Part shown: piece after piece, positions 9,601 to 19,956 of the stretch
Layout of the letters: every line of letters begins with the position of its first letter
Position numbering within the stretch: position 1 is the stretch's first letter
Source: a virus
Length of the DNA stretch: 64,000 nucleotides
Virus record (IMG/VR): IMGVR_UViG_3300029286_000012
Reading direction: 5' to 3' (one strand)
Made by a program: the position numbers and the translations under genes
Notes under the pieces: generated by a model
Told to the model about the DNA's origin: nothing
The model's input: only the letters and a program-made list of their open reading frames with translations
The model's database searches: none

Positions 9601-10621
9601 GAATATAGGTGAAGAGTTGCTTGATGCAACTCACCGTGCCCTCAAAGATGGTCAACTTGTAGGTGGTCATTATACCCGATCGTTTGAAGAATGGCTGAAA
9701 CATCGTACTAAAACAAAGTATGTAGTAACAGTTCATAGCGGCACACAAGCACTTGAAATTATCGCAAGATATAAGAAAAAGAAACACTTAGAAACATTTA
9801 AAAATACTCCTAAGATTCGTATTCCTAATTTAACATACCCGGCAACACTAAACTCATTACTGACTGCAGGATGGGATGTAGAGTTAGTTGACACAGATAA
9901 GAATGGTGTTATTGATGTAGAGAATAGTCTTAAGGGATATACTTGTGTAATGGGTTATGCAGGTCGCAAGCCCTGGCCTATTGCAGGATATGCTAGTGCA
10001 AATGCAGTGATTGTAGATGGGGCACAGCATTGGTTAGTTTGTGACGGTGATGTTGGTAGTGGTATGTCTATCAGTTTTGACCCCACAAAGAACTTACCTA
10101 GCTCAGGTAATGGTGGTGCGATTGTCACGAATGATGAACAACTATACCTATATGCCGCAACACATAGAGATAATAACAAACCTGCATTCCACGATGTAGG
10201 AACTAATAGCAAGATGAGTGAACAAGATTGTGCTCAGATTATGGTTCGTGCAAAGTACATTGATGAGTGGCAAAACCGTAGAGGTGAGATAGCAAAGTAC
10301 TGGTGCGAGAAGTTTAAAGAACTACCTTTACGTTGCCTATCAGATACCAAAGATCCTCACGCACATCAAAAGTTTGTAATGTACATGGATGATAGAAATA
10401 GATTACAATCATATTTAAAAGAACACGGAATAGATAGCAAAGTTCATTATGAATATGTACTAGGTGATTTACCCACTGGCCAAAGATTAACAAAGCCGGA
10501 TTTATTAAGCACTAGTGTAATGCTTTCTAGGGGAGTAATAAGTCTGCCCATGTACCCTGAATTAACAGACGAAGAAGTAAGCTATATTTCGGATAAATTA
10601 AAATTATTTTTTGATAAATAA
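9563..10621 (+). CDS. DegT/DnrJ/EryC1/StrS PLP-dependent sugar aminotransferase
   Basis: SGTQAL, VDGAQ, SFDPTKNL (PLP lysine), GNGGAIVT, SLPMYP. Confidence 0.92.
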   Translation: MQIPHFGLARQYKNIGEELLDATHRALKDGQLVGGHYTRSFEEWLKHRTKTKYVVTVHSGTQALEIIARYKKKKHLETFKNTPKIRIPNLTYPATLNSLLTAGWDVELVDTDKNGVIDVENSLKGYTCVMGYAGRKPWPIAGYASANAVIVDGAQHWLVCDGDVGSGMSISFDPTKNLPSSGNGGAIVTNDEQLYLYAATHRDNNKPAFHDVGTNSKMSEQDCAQIMVRAKYIDEWQNRRGEIAKYWCEKFKELPLRCLSDTKDPHAHQKFVMYMDDRNRLQSYLKEHGIDSKVHYEYVLGDLPTGQRLTKPDLLSTSVMLSRGVISLPMYPELTDEEVSYISDKLKLFFDK

Positions 10622-10625
10622 CTTT

Positions 10626-11084
10626 ATGTGGATACTATCAATACTACCCGAAGCCGCAATACATACAATCTTTGGATTGGGTATTTTGGGCACAATAGCA
10701 GGATTCGTCCTAGGATTTATTCCTTTTGTTAAAACCTATAAACTAGCAATACAAGTCATTAGCTTGATTGTATTAGTATTGGGTGTATATCTAGAGGGCG
10801 GCCTAGCCGACTATAAAGAATGGGAACTTAGAGTTAAAGAGATGGAAGCTAAAGTAGCAAAAGCTGAGGCACAATCTGCAAACAAGAATGCTGAAATACA
10901 GGAAAAAGTTGTAGAAAAGACTAAAGTTATCCGTGAAAAGGGCCGTGACATTATCAAATACATTGATAAAGAAGTCATTAAAAAAGAGGAAGTTATCAAG
11001 TACATTGAAAACTGCCCTGTTCCTAAAGAATTCATAGACTTGCATAATCAAGCCGCTGAGTTGAATAAAGGAGCATCAAAATGA
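10626..11084 (+). CDS. inner-membrane spanin-like (Rz-like) protein
   Basis: N-terminal TM segments, coiled coil and a C-terminal Cys; followed by a lipoprotein; start at MWILS just after a late box. Confidence 0.6.
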   Translation: MWILSILPEAAIHTIFGLGILGTIAGFVLGFIPFVKTYKLAIQVISLIVLVLGVYLEGGLADYKEWELRVKEMEAKVAKAEAQSANKNAEIQEKVVEKTKVIREKGRDIIKYIDKEVIKKEEVIKYIENCPVPKEFIDLHNQAAELNKGASK

Positions 11085-11344
11085 AATATCTATTAGTTGC
11101 TCTATTGCTTGCAGGATGTTCAACTACAGTTCCTGTAACTCAGAAATTCCCTAATGCTACCCCTGAACTTATGAAGAAATGCGAAGACCTTAAAAAGATT
11201 GAGGGTGACAAAGTAGCTATTACTGAAATGATGAAAGTTATCGTACACAACTATTCATTGTATTGGGAATGTAGTGCAAAAGTAGATGGTTGGCAAGATT
11301 GGTACAACGCACAGAAGAAAATCTATGATAACATTGCAAAATAG
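11081..11344 (+). CDS. outer-membrane spanin-like (Rz1-like) lipoprotein
   Basis: lipobox LLAGC, Pro-containing segment, two further Cys. Confidence 0.65.
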   Translation: MKYLLVALLLAGCSTTVPVTQKFPNATPELMKKCEDLKKIEGDKVAITEMMKVIVHNYSLYWECSAKVDGWQDWYNAQKKIYDNIAK

Positions 11345-11597
11345 TAGCATATTATTAGCATTGTGTTTAATGACGGGTTGTGCAACAGTAGATAACTATC
11401 CAGTATATGTAGAAGCACAAAAGTCATTGAGCAGAGATGCTACCGTAGCAGAAGCCGCACGTATAGCAGCCTTAACTGAAATGGTTAAAAGTTCAGACAA
11501 CGAAGTAAAGATACAAGCTATCAAAGCACTACAAGAAATCCAACGTAGTAAGCGTCAAGTTATCATCCAACAACCCAAAGGTATGTTTGGAAACTGA
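11325..11597 (+). CDS. putative lipoprotein
   Basis: hydrophobic signal and MTGC lipobox; ATG 11325. Confidence 0.55.
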   Translation: MITLQNSSILLALCLMTGCATVDNYPVYVEAQKSLSRDATVAEAARIAALTEMVKSSDNEVKIQAIKALQEIQRSKRQVIIQQPKGMFGN

Positions 11598-11624
11598 TAA
11601 ATACATTATAGTCTAGGAATTATA

Positions 11625-12446
11625 ATGACACAAGAAGTTATTGAAACAGGTGAGTTACCCAACGACGGTTCTGGTGATCCACTTCGTTTAGCATTTGATA
11701 AAATTAACAACAATTTTGCTAACTTATTCACCACAATAGGTGCCAATGTAGAGTTAATTGATTCCTCACAATTTCCTGAAGGCAATGTGTCCAACAATAG
11801 TGGCACACAGAATATTTTAAATATTGGTCAGGTTATATTCAACACGACACAAATTGTTGAATCTACTTATACTGAACCACAGTTACTATCATTCACTACC
11901 AGTGAAGGACCTTACGGAGCACAAGAATATATTAACATTGGTGTAACACCCAATGATGGTTTAGGTGATCCCTTACGAGTTGCGTTTGGTAAAATTAACA
12001 ATAACTTTAGTAATTTATTCTTTACTACTGTTAATACAAGTAATGTTTACACAAGTGGATTAACTGCAGGGCAAGTTATATATGAATACCCGGCAAATGC
12101 ATTCACCCAGGGTATGTTTCAAATTCGTTCAAGTGATCCGGGAACTCCTGATAGCCAAGATATCACAATTTCAGCACAACTTACAAATAACAATAACGCA
12201 GTGAAATTCACTGGTTATGCTATGACCTTTGCAGGTAATGCATTGACTAGATACGATATGGATGTAAGTGGTGGTAATGTTAGAATTCTTGCTAATCCTA
12301 TTGCAAACACATTCATACTACACTTTATAGCATCTCAAGTTACGTTCATTGGTGAAATCACCCCGGGTGTTGATATTGCTCTTAATGGATATGTTGATTC
12401 AGTGTTAGGCACAGAGAATAATGATATCTTAACAACTGAGAATTAA
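11625..12446 (+). CDS. baseplate/fibre-associated structural protein
   Basis: two copies of the G..PNDG.GDPLR.AF.KINNNF motif seen at the N-termini of T4 gp9/gp10-like proteins. Confidence 0.7.
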   Translation: MTQEVIETGELPNDGSGDPLRLAFDKINNNFANLFTTIGANVELIDSSQFPEGNVSNNSGTQNILNIGQVIFNTTQIVESTYTEPQLLSFTTSEGPYGAQEYINIGVTPNDGLGDPLRVAFGKINNNFSNLFFTTVNTSNVYTSGLTAGQVIYEYPANAFTQGMFQIRSSDPGTPDSQDITISAQLTNNNNAVKFTGYAMTFAGNALTRYDMDVSGGNVRILANPIANTFILHFIASQVTFIGEITPGVDIALNGYVDSVLGTENNDILTTEN

Positions 12447-12447
12447 G

Positions 12448-12825
12448 ATGAGAGCAAAAGAATTTATAACCGAGGAAAATAATTTGCCTGATAGGATTAC
12501 TAAACCATTACCTGCGACTTGGGTAATACCAGAATTACAGAATCAAAATGCATATTTGCAATATAGATTTGCTGTAGCACTGGCAGGTGCAAAGGCTGCA
12601 CGTAATGGTGATATACCTAAAATGGATAGAGAGTCTGTTTGGGGAGAAAATCAACTAGTTTCCGGATATATGAATCCAGATGTAGCAGATGATATTGATT
12701 TTGCTTTGGGTGAAATGGGTCTTAAGGGTAGTAAAGTATTAGTTACAAGTAAAGATAGCGAAGAAACATCTGATACTGGTATAGATAGCCCAATAAAGGG
12801 ATTTAAGGGTTATAAGAGAAGATGA
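12448..12825 (+). CDS. putative internal head protein, paralogue 1
   Basis: N-terminus MRAKEFITE resembles the T4 capsid-targeting sequence; C-terminus DSEE..DT...SPIKGFKGYKRR shared with next gene. Confidence 0.6.
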   Translation: MRAKEFITEENNLPDRITKPLPATWVIPELQNQNAYLQYRFAVALAGAKAARNGDIPKMDRESVWGENQLVSGYMNPDVADDIDFALGEMGLKGSKVLVTSKDSEETSDTGIDSPIKGFKGYKRR

Positions 12826-13196
12826 GAGCAAATGAATTTATATCCGAAGCTAAGGTTGGTAAAATATCTAAACAACAACAACACGCTACCCGCGGTTTAA
12901 ATATTTTTTCAAAGAAAATAGATAGTTACGATAGACTATACGATTTAAATCGCTTAATGATGGCTGTAGCAAGTAGCGACGGGGTAAACCCAATTGTAAT
13001 GGATGCTGAAAGTTGGGTAGGTAAACACAACACAACACACCCCTACACTAAAGAAGAACAGGCTATGCTTAAATTAGCATATAAAGCTGCCGGTTTAGAA
13101 TACAAAGATTTAAATAATGGTGATTTAGATAGTGAAGAATTACCCGATACAAATACCCAAAGTATTGCAAAACCCTTCAAGGGCTATAAAAAATAA
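12822..13196 (+). CDS. putative internal head protein, paralogue 2
   Basis: MRANEFISE; C-terminus DSEE..DT...SIAKPFKGYKK. Confidence 0.6.
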   Translation: MRANEFISEAKVGKISKQQQHATRGLNIFSKKIDSYDRLYDLNRLMMAVASSDGVNPIVMDAESWVGKHNTTHPYTKEEQAMLKLAYKAAGLEYKDLNNGDLDSEELPDTNTQSIAKPFKGYKK

Positions 13197-13247
13197 TTTC
13201 ACCATCAGTTTTGAGAATAAGTAAATGTATAATTTATAGGATTCTCA

Positions 13248-13937
13248 ATGATTGATATCAACAACACACTAGACTTAATCAAGTTAAAATTTTACAACGA
13301 ATGGCTGTACACAGCGCATATCTATGACGAGGGTAACAGCCCAATGCACGAAAATCTTACCAAAGAAGTAGTTCTAAAATACATAGACCCGATCAACTTA
13401 TCAAAAAATAGTAAAATATTAGATTTGGGATGTGGCCCGGGCTATTTTTTGGATGAAATGAAAACTCGTAACTATACAGATGTTACCGGAATTACATTAA
13501 GCCCCGGCGATATTAAAATTTGTGAAGATAAGGGTCATACTATTGCAAAATATGATTTAAGTTTCTTACCACAAAAAGACGGATACTTTGATGAAAGTGT
13601 AGACTTTATTTTCTTACGTCATGCATTAGAACATAGTCCATATCCTATCTTTAGTATAATGGAATACAATCGTGTCTTAAAACAAGGTGGTAAGATTTAC
13701 ATCGAAGTCCCCTCGCCAAACTGTGACCGCAGACATGAATGGAATTTAAATCATTATAGTATTTTAGGTGAACAGCAATTGGCAGCACTATTAACACGTT
13801 GTGGATTCAATATTGATTACTTTAACAATTTAGAATTTGATATTCAAGCACCAGGTGAAAACGGTGAACTAGTAACATCTAAAGAAAAATATTATTGTAT
13901 CCTTGCTACAAAAGCAAGACCTTTAGACATCAAATGA
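13248..13937 (+). CDS. class I SAM-dependent methyltransferase
   Basis: ILDLGCGPG, FDESVDFIFLRHALEH, RVLKQGG. Confidence 0.9.
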   Translation: MIDINNTLDLIKLKFYNEWLYTAHIYDEGNSPMHENLTKEVVLKYIDPINLSKNSKILDLGCGPGYFLDEMKTRNYTDVTGITLSPGDIKICEDKGHTIAKYDLSFLPQKDGYFDESVDFIFLRHALEHSPYPIFSIMEYNRVLKQGGKIYIEVPSPNCDRRHEWNLNHYSILGEQQLAALLTRCGFNIDYFNNLEFDIQAPGENGELVTSKEKYYCILATKARPLDIK

Positions 13938-14653
13938 TAGAACCAAAAAGATTTCTAATGCGATATTGCATTGGCGCCCGTGGAGATTTTTTATGTAATT
14001 TATTATGTGATAGAAAAAGTAATATTAATGGAACTTTCTATTCTTTACCACCGGTAAATGGTAGAACAGTAAAAGTTCATAGTATGAAAGATGGAGCCGT
14101 TTCAACAATTGACTCTTTTCCAGAAGCAATAACAAATTATGATGATATGTTTAGATTAGCAGATGAGCATAATCTAATCAAAATAAAAATAATTGCCACT
14201 ACTGAGGAAGAAAGATTAGATGTAGCATATTTTGGGTGGTTAAAAAGTTTGTATTATGGCATTGATAGAACTAGACCACATATAACTGTTGATAAAAGAG
14301 ATATAGAAAATCATACAGAAGAAATAAGAAAAAATACAAGTTATTTAGTTAATACTGCATTATACAGCACACCCAAAATACAAAATGAAGATCGTGGATA
14401 CGAGGATAAATATAATTATATAGTTAATTTTGATGATTTGTTTAAAATGGATTATTTGAATTATATCTATGAACAAGTTAACAAAAAACCTATTCCATTA
14501 TCGTATATTCCTAGAATCAAAGCTAACTTAGCTATTCAAAATAGATTAAGTGAATCTGTCAACTATCCGTATTTTAAAGAAATTTTATTAAGACACCATA
14601 ACATACATGAAGAACATTTGGCAATAAGTAATTTAATACAACAATTAATTTAG
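13934..14653 (+). CDS. hypothetical protein (AT-rich accessory)
   Basis: ATGA-coupled at 13934; GARGDFL near the N-terminus. Confidence 0.65.
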   Translation: MIEPKRFLMRYCIGARGDFLCNLLCDRKSNINGTFYSLPPVNGRTVKVHSMKDGAVSTIDSFPEAITNYDDMFRLADEHNLIKIKIIATTEEERLDVAYFGWLKSLYYGIDRTRPHITVDKRDIENHTEEIRKNTSYLVNTALYSTPKIQNEDRGYEDKYNYIVNFDDLFKMDYLNYIYEQVNKKPIPLSYIPRIKANLAIQNRLSESVNYPYFKEILLRHHNIHEEHLAISNLIQQLI

Positions 14654-14688
14654 TTACTATAGATATTGTTCCAAACTAAATACTTGTT

Positions 14689-16236
14689 ATGAGTAATACA
14701 CCATCACTAGTAAAAAATCCTTATACTAAAACAGTTTTTAAAACTGACAAAGAACTACAGGATTTTATAAAATGCTGTGACCCGGATACAGGTTATCTAT
14801 ATTTTATGGATAACTTCTTTATTATACAACACCCTACTAAAGGTAGTATGGTCTATCATCCCTGGGCTTATCAAAAACGATTGATTGAAACATATCACAA
14901 TTATCGTTATTCAATTAGCTTGATGCCACGACAATCAGGTAAATCAACTTCAGCGGCTGGTTATCTACTTTGGTACGCAATGTTTGTTCCCGACTCTACT
15001 ATCTTAGTTGCGGCACACAAATATACAGGTGCTCAGGAGATTATGCAACGTATACGTTACGCATATGAAAACTGCCCGGATCATATTAAAGCAGGTGTAA
15101 CAACATACAACAAAGGCTCATTAGACTTTGAGAATGGAAGTCGTATTGTAAGTGCAACAACTACTGAAAATACTGGTCGTGGTATGTCTATTACATTACT
15201 ATACCTAGACGAGTTCGCATTCGTTAGACCAAGCATTGCTAAAGAATTCTGGACATCTATTACTCCTACATTGTCAACTGGTGGTAAGGCTATTATTACA
15301 AGTACACCAAACAGTGACGAGGATCAGTTTGCATTTATTTGGAAGGGTGCTAATAAGACAGAAGATGAATTTGGTAACACCACTGAAGTAGGAGTTAATG
15401 GATTTAGAGCGTATAGGGCACATTGGAGTGAACAGCCCGGTCGAGATGACAAATGGGCGGCAGAGATGAAATCACAGCTTGGTGAGGATCGTTTCAATCG
15501 TGAAATTGGTTGCGAGTTTATTATTGCCGATGAAACATTAATCAATCCAAACACATTGATTGCAATGGAAGGCATAGAACCAGTAAGTCGTATAGGTCAA
15601 GTTCGTTGGTATAAGAAACCAAGTAAGGGTAATATATATTGTGTGGGATTAGATCCAAGTCTTGGCACAGGTGGCGATCCATCAGCTATTCAAATCTTTG
15701 AAGCAAACACTACTACTCAAGTAGGTGAATGGAAACATAACAAAACTGATATTCCTAGTCAGATTAAACTATTAGCACAGATTAACAAACATATTGCTGA
15801 ATGTACCAATGAACCCAATAATATCTATTACAGCATCGAATGTAATGGAATTGGTGAAGCCGCAATTATATCATTAAACGAATACGGGGAAGGTAATATT
15901 CCGGGTATTTTTATCAGTGAGGTAGGTAAAGGACGTAGAGGGTTTAATACAACTAATAAGAGTAAATTAGCTAGTTGTGCTAAGTTTAAAACATTAGTTG
16001 AAAGCAAGAAGATGACTGTAAATAGTCGTAGTCTTATCAGTGAATTAAAAGCGTTTGTAGCACACGGTGGTAGTTATGCCGCTAAAACTGGTGATACTGA
16101 TGACTTGATTATGGCTAGTTTATTAGTAACACGTATGTTACAGCAGTTAAGTGACTATCATTATGATTTAGAGAATCAAATCAGAGACCACAACGAAGTT
16201 ATAATGCCTTTACCGTTTTATGCGGTCATGGGTTAA
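14689..16236 (+). CDS. terL: terminase large subunit (T4 gp17-like)
   Basis: PRQSGKS Walker A, LYLDEFAF Walker B, ITSTPN, GLDPS nuclease motif, DDLIMA. Confidence 0.95.
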   Translation: MSNTPSLVKNPYTKTVFKTDKELQDFIKCCDPDTGYLYFMDNFFIIQHPTKGSMVYHPWAYQKRLIETYHNYRYSISLMPRQSGKSTSAAGYLLWYAMFVPDSTILVAAHKYTGAQEIMQRIRYAYENCPDHIKAGVTTYNKGSLDFENGSRIVSATTTENTGRGMSITLLYLDEFAFVRPSIAKEFWTSITPTLSTGGKAIITSTPNSDEDQFAFIWKGANKTEDEFGNTTEVGVNGFRAYRAHWSEQPGRDDKWAAEMKSQLGEDRFNREIGCEFIIADETLINPNTLIAMEGIEPVSRIGQVRWYKKPSKGNIYCVGLDPSLGTGGDPSAIQIFEANTTTQVGEWKHNKTDIPSQIKLLAQINKHIAECTNEPNNIYYSIECNGIGEAAIISLNEYGEGNIPGIFISEVGKGRRGFNTTNKSKLASCAKFKTLVESKKMTVNSRSLISELKAFVAHGGSYAAKTGDTDDLIMASLLVTRMLQQLSDYHYDLENQIRDHNEVIMPLPFYAVMG

Positions 16237-16257
16237 ACAATATTTGATAAATACATT

Positions 16258-18504
16258 ATGCCAAAAAATTCAGAATCCTTAAACCGCTCATTATTTGACC
16301 TTTTACACAGTAAAGGGTTCGATCCTACTATGCTAGATACCTCAGGTAAAGAAATTCCTACCCCAGAAGAAGCAGAAGTATTCCAATTCAACTTCATCAA
16401 AGACGGAGAAGATTACGGTAAAGTAACTATATCTATTGATGGATTGCATAAATTATGCATATACTTTAGTGATGAAGTAGCTAATAGTGAAAAAGAAGAA
16501 AGTCACGGAGAAGATGAATCTTGGTATAAAGTATTAAATCAGTTGAAGCGTTTCGCACAAAAATATCAATTGAGTTTTGAGTTAAAGAATATTGACCATT
16601 TGAAACACGATATGGCAAAAAGGGAATATATGAAAAAGCAAGAAAGAATATCTGAAGGTTACTACCCAATGGGTAAAAAGGCAAGTTACAATGATGCTGT
16701 GCCAAATGTAAAAATTGTATTACAACACACTCGTCAAATTGAAGAAGGTGAACAACGTTATCGTAATATCGCTAAAATCTTCCTAGAGAATGGTGAAGGT
16801 GAAAGATTCTTAGCTCCAACTATCAAGCCAGGTATTGCACGTGTATATGGTCGATTGATTGCTGAAGGTGATAAGCCACACGGTGAACGTTGGAATCACG
16901 TTACTAGCTTGGTAGAAGAATATCAAAAAATGGGCGCATTCGTTCGTGCTACACGTAATGGTCAGTTCAATGAATCAGCACAACGATTAGTTAATGAAGG
17001 TATCAATCACTATCAAGGTCTACGTGAAACATTAAGTAGAATGACTGGTCATCGTGGTTACAATAGTTATTTTGAAAGTTGGACACCATCATTGATGGAA
17101 GATGAAACTGAAGAAAACAACTTAAATGAGTTGTTTGTACAAGAGACATTAGACCCACGTATTGAAAGTGTAATGCCAATATTGAACAAACTACAAAAGA
17201 AAGTAGCAGAGATGAAAGAAGTCAATGAGTTAAGTGAGTGGGCTGATAGTTTAACAGAGGCACCTGGTGCTGAAACACTTGGACACAATGTTAGAACAGA
17301 CGCTAAGAATTTAAAAGCATTTGATTTGGAAGAGGGTGACATGGATGAAGGTGCAGCCGTGGATGCATATATGGCAGGCAAGAGTCCAGCACTTGCACAC
17401 TTTGCTGACAAATTAGACAAAGAGATAGATGAAGGTTTTGATGATATTGATGATCCAGTAGTAAGTGCAATAACTCGCCGCATCATACGTCAACACCCTG
17501 AATTATTAAAGCATGGTCCTGATAAAGTATTGGCTGCTATTGCCGACGTTGCAGATTTTGTAGGTGACGTTGAAGAAATTGGGTCAAGCGATGTAAGTGG
17601 TTGGGTAAAACAAGTAGAACGTTCATTGAGTAATATGGATGAAGGTATATTGGACAATGTTAAAAAGGTTGGAAGTAAAGTATTTGATAAATTGGGTGGC
17701 GGCAATGAAGAAGACCTAATTACAAAATTACAAAAAGATGCAGGTATAACACCGACAGGTAAGAAGCCTGATTTTGATGTTAAAGCAAAAGAATTAGCAA
17801 GAAATAATCCTAGTGACCCAGGTGGCAACTTTATGAAGGGTGGAAAAGATTTGGGTATCTTTAAAGAAGAAGATATGGATGAGGCTAGAGTATTTGGTTA
17901 TGATATCAAACGAGTACCTGATTTAAAAGTATCATATGATGATGCACAAGAACTTAAAAATCAATTAGGTATGTTACAAAAAGTAATGATGTATGCTACT
18001 CCAGATGACATGAGCCCAGAGATACGAAGCCAAGTAAAAAATATATATTTTAAGATTACTAACATATTACAAAGTAATGGTTTACAAGAATCAGATTTAA
18101 TGAGTACGGATGAAGGAATGTTTGACAAAGTTAAAGATGCAGTTAAAAAAGTTGGTGGTAAAGTATTAGATAAATTAGGTCATGGTAGTGACGAAGAACT
18201 ATTGAAGAAGATACAAAAAGATGTAGGTGCCCCGGCAGGATCACAACACGGTAAACCTAGTATGGCTAAACCAAATGATGATTCAGATATTGTTGAAGAT
18301 GATATTGAAGAAAGCGCACTGCAAGCGTCTTTTGGTATTAAGAAGTACGGTAAAAAAGGTATGGATAAACTGCGTGCCGCTGGTCAAAAACATGCTAGTG
18401 AAAAAACAATGCAAAACATTCGTGCTGAATACAGCGATAAAGAAAAACCTGTATCAGAAGGTCAAGAAGACCTAGATACTATTAGACGTTTGTTAAAAAA
18501 GTAA
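16258..18504 (+). CDS. large acidic late protein, probable proteolytically processed head/core polyprotein
   Basis: late box 4 nt before ATG; recurrent (M/I/T)DE-G/A junctions; duplicated module DEG..D.VKKVG.KV.DKLG.G..E.L..K.QKD.G. Confidence 0.55.
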   Translation: MPKNSESLNRSLFDLLHSKGFDPTMLDTSGKEIPTPEEAEVFQFNFIKDGEDYGKVTISIDGLHKLCIYFSDEVANSEKEESHGEDESWYKVLNQLKRFAQKYQLSFELKNIDHLKHDMAKREYMKKQERISEGYYPMGKKASYNDAVPNVKIVLQHTRQIEEGEQRYRNIAKIFLENGEGERFLAPTIKPGIARVYGRLIAEGDKPHGERWNHVTSLVEEYQKMGAFVRATRNGQFNESAQRLVNEGINHYQGLRETLSRMTGHRGYNSYFESWTPSLMEDETEENNLNELFVQETLDPRIESVMPILNKLQKKVAEMKEVNELSEWADSLTEAPGAETLGHNVRTDAKNLKAFDLEEGDMDEGAAVDAYMAGKSPALAHFADKLDKEIDEGFDDIDDPVVSAITRRIIRQHPELLKHGPDKVLAAIADVADFVGDVEEIGSSDVSGWVKQVERSLSNMDEGILDNVKKVGSKVFDKLGGGNEEDLITKLQKDAGITPTGKKPDFDVKAKELARNNPSDPGGNFMKGGKDLGIFKEEDMDEARVFGYDIKRVPDLKVSYDDAQELKNQLGMLQKVMMYATPDDMSPEIRSQVKNIYFKITNILQSNGLQESDLMSTDEGMFDKVKDAVKKVGGKVLDKLGHGSDEELLKKIQKDVGAPAGSQHGKPSMAKPNDDSDIVEDDIEESALQASFGIKKYGKKGMDKLRAAGQKHASEKTMQNIRAEYSDKEKPVSEGQEDLDTIRRLLKK

Positions 18505-18505
18505 T

Positions 18506-19798
18506 ATGAAAATATCGTCATTGTTAAGAGAAGCACAAAAAGGTCCTACATTATCTTTAGATAAAGATTTGATGCAGAGAGCCATGTTGAGGTTTCCTGG
18601 CTATGATAGCCAACAAGCATTGTCCTTATACATAGCTGATAAAGCTGCCAAACAACAAAAAACTGATGATGCACAAAATAACTTAATCAATACCCAACAG
18701 AAGGCTATTAAGTCTATTGGGCAAGAGTTACAAGATTATGAAGACCAAGCACAAGAAACTGACCGTGAAGTTGAAAGATTGAAACAACTAAGTGGTGCAT
18801 TAACTACTGGTAGTGCTGATAGACAACAGAAGGCTAAAGTAAGTGCTGATGAGTTAGAGAAGCTACAAAAAGATTTAGAAGATTTAAAATCTAAGCCTGG
18901 TATGGATGCTGAGAAATACAAAGAGATAGAGCAACAGATTACTAGTTTGGCTAATAGTAATGGTGCAGAAGATGCTGATGTTAAGAAGTTACAAAGTCTA
19001 GTAAACAATATTCAAAGTAAAGCAAATGTTAATTATGATGCGGTTGCCGCACAACTTGAAAAAACAAAGCAAGATTTGGATAGTAAAGAAATGCGATTTC
19101 AAAATTACATTGATAAAACAGATAACTATAAAAAGACTACTAATGTAGAACTACAACAAATAGCTAAAAATTCTGCTGAAGAAATTAAAAAGTATTCTGA
19201 TATAGTTCAAGGTTATCAAAAACAAATTGACAATTTTGATAGCGAAATAGAACAAGAAAAAAATGCTATTATAGGTATGCGAAAACAGATTGAGCAAGAA
19301 GTACTTAATGTAAATGATTTAATTGCCCGCACAAAACGAAAAGCAAGTATCCCTTGGATAGCAGGTAAACGTCCATCCGGCGGTTCCCCGACTACAGCTA
19401 TTCAACCCGAACTGCAACTAGAAGATACCAAAATTCTTAATAAACAAGGTGTTCTAACAACTCAGGACAATAGTGATTACAATGAATGGAGAGACGACCA
19501 TATATATGGATTATTTACCATGTTTAAGAGTAAATATGTTTCATTTATTCAACAAAATGGATATTCGGATAAACAGATTCAGGATATGTTAATAAAATAT
19601 TTACCTAAGTTATATAACTTGGGTGATGATTCTACACCAGTATCACCAAAAGAAGTCGCTAACTGGATGGAAAATGACGTTAAACCTAATTTAGAACAAG
19701 AAGTAGTTCAATATGATGTGTTGAGAGGTAAAAATTTATCTGAAACATATTCACGTATGTTGGACAAATTAATCGAACTACCCTATATAAAAGGGTAA
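18506..19798 (+). CDS. coiled-coil hypothetical protein, probably virion-associated
   Basis: Q/K/E-rich heptads; MKISSLLREA leader. Confidence 0.6.
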   Translation: MKISSLLREAQKGPTLSLDKDLMQRAMLRFPGYDSQQALSLYIADKAAKQQKTDDAQNNLINTQQKAIKSIGQELQDYEDQAQETDREVERLKQLSGALTTGSADRQQKAKVSADELEKLQKDLEDLKSKPGMDAEKYKEIEQQITSLANSNGAEDADVKKLQSLVNNIQSKANVNYDAVAAQLEKTKQDLDSKEMRFQNYIDKTDNYKKTTNVELQQIAKNSAEEIKKYSDIVQGYQKQIDNFDSEIEQEKNAIIGMRKQIEQEVLNVNDLIARTKRKASIPWIAGKRPSGGSPTTAIQPELQLEDTKILNKQGVLTTQDNSDYNEWRDDHIYGLFTMFKSKYVSFIQQNGYSDKQIQDMLIKYLPKLYNLGDDSTPVSPKEVANWMENDVKPNLEQEVVQYDVLRGKNLSETYSRMLDKLIELPYIKG

Positions 19799-19835
19799 AA
19801 AAACCGTAGAAAAAAATGTGTTTACCCACAAACGG

Positions 19836-19909
19836 GATAAATACTATTGACATTGAGAGATAGTACTGCTATACTATCTCTAATGTTAGCTACTTCATAG
19901 GGAAGTAGC
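19836..19909 (+). promoter_or_regulatory. gp32 control region: late box, sigma70 promoter and two hairpins
   Basis: GATAAATA 19836-43; TTGACA(19847)-17-TATACT(19870); inverted repeat 19850-19886; GCTACTTC/GAAGTAGC 19889-19909. Confidence 0.75.
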
Positions 19910-19956
19910 GAATATTAAAAAACGAGACCATCTCAATTTTATAAGGAAATATTATC

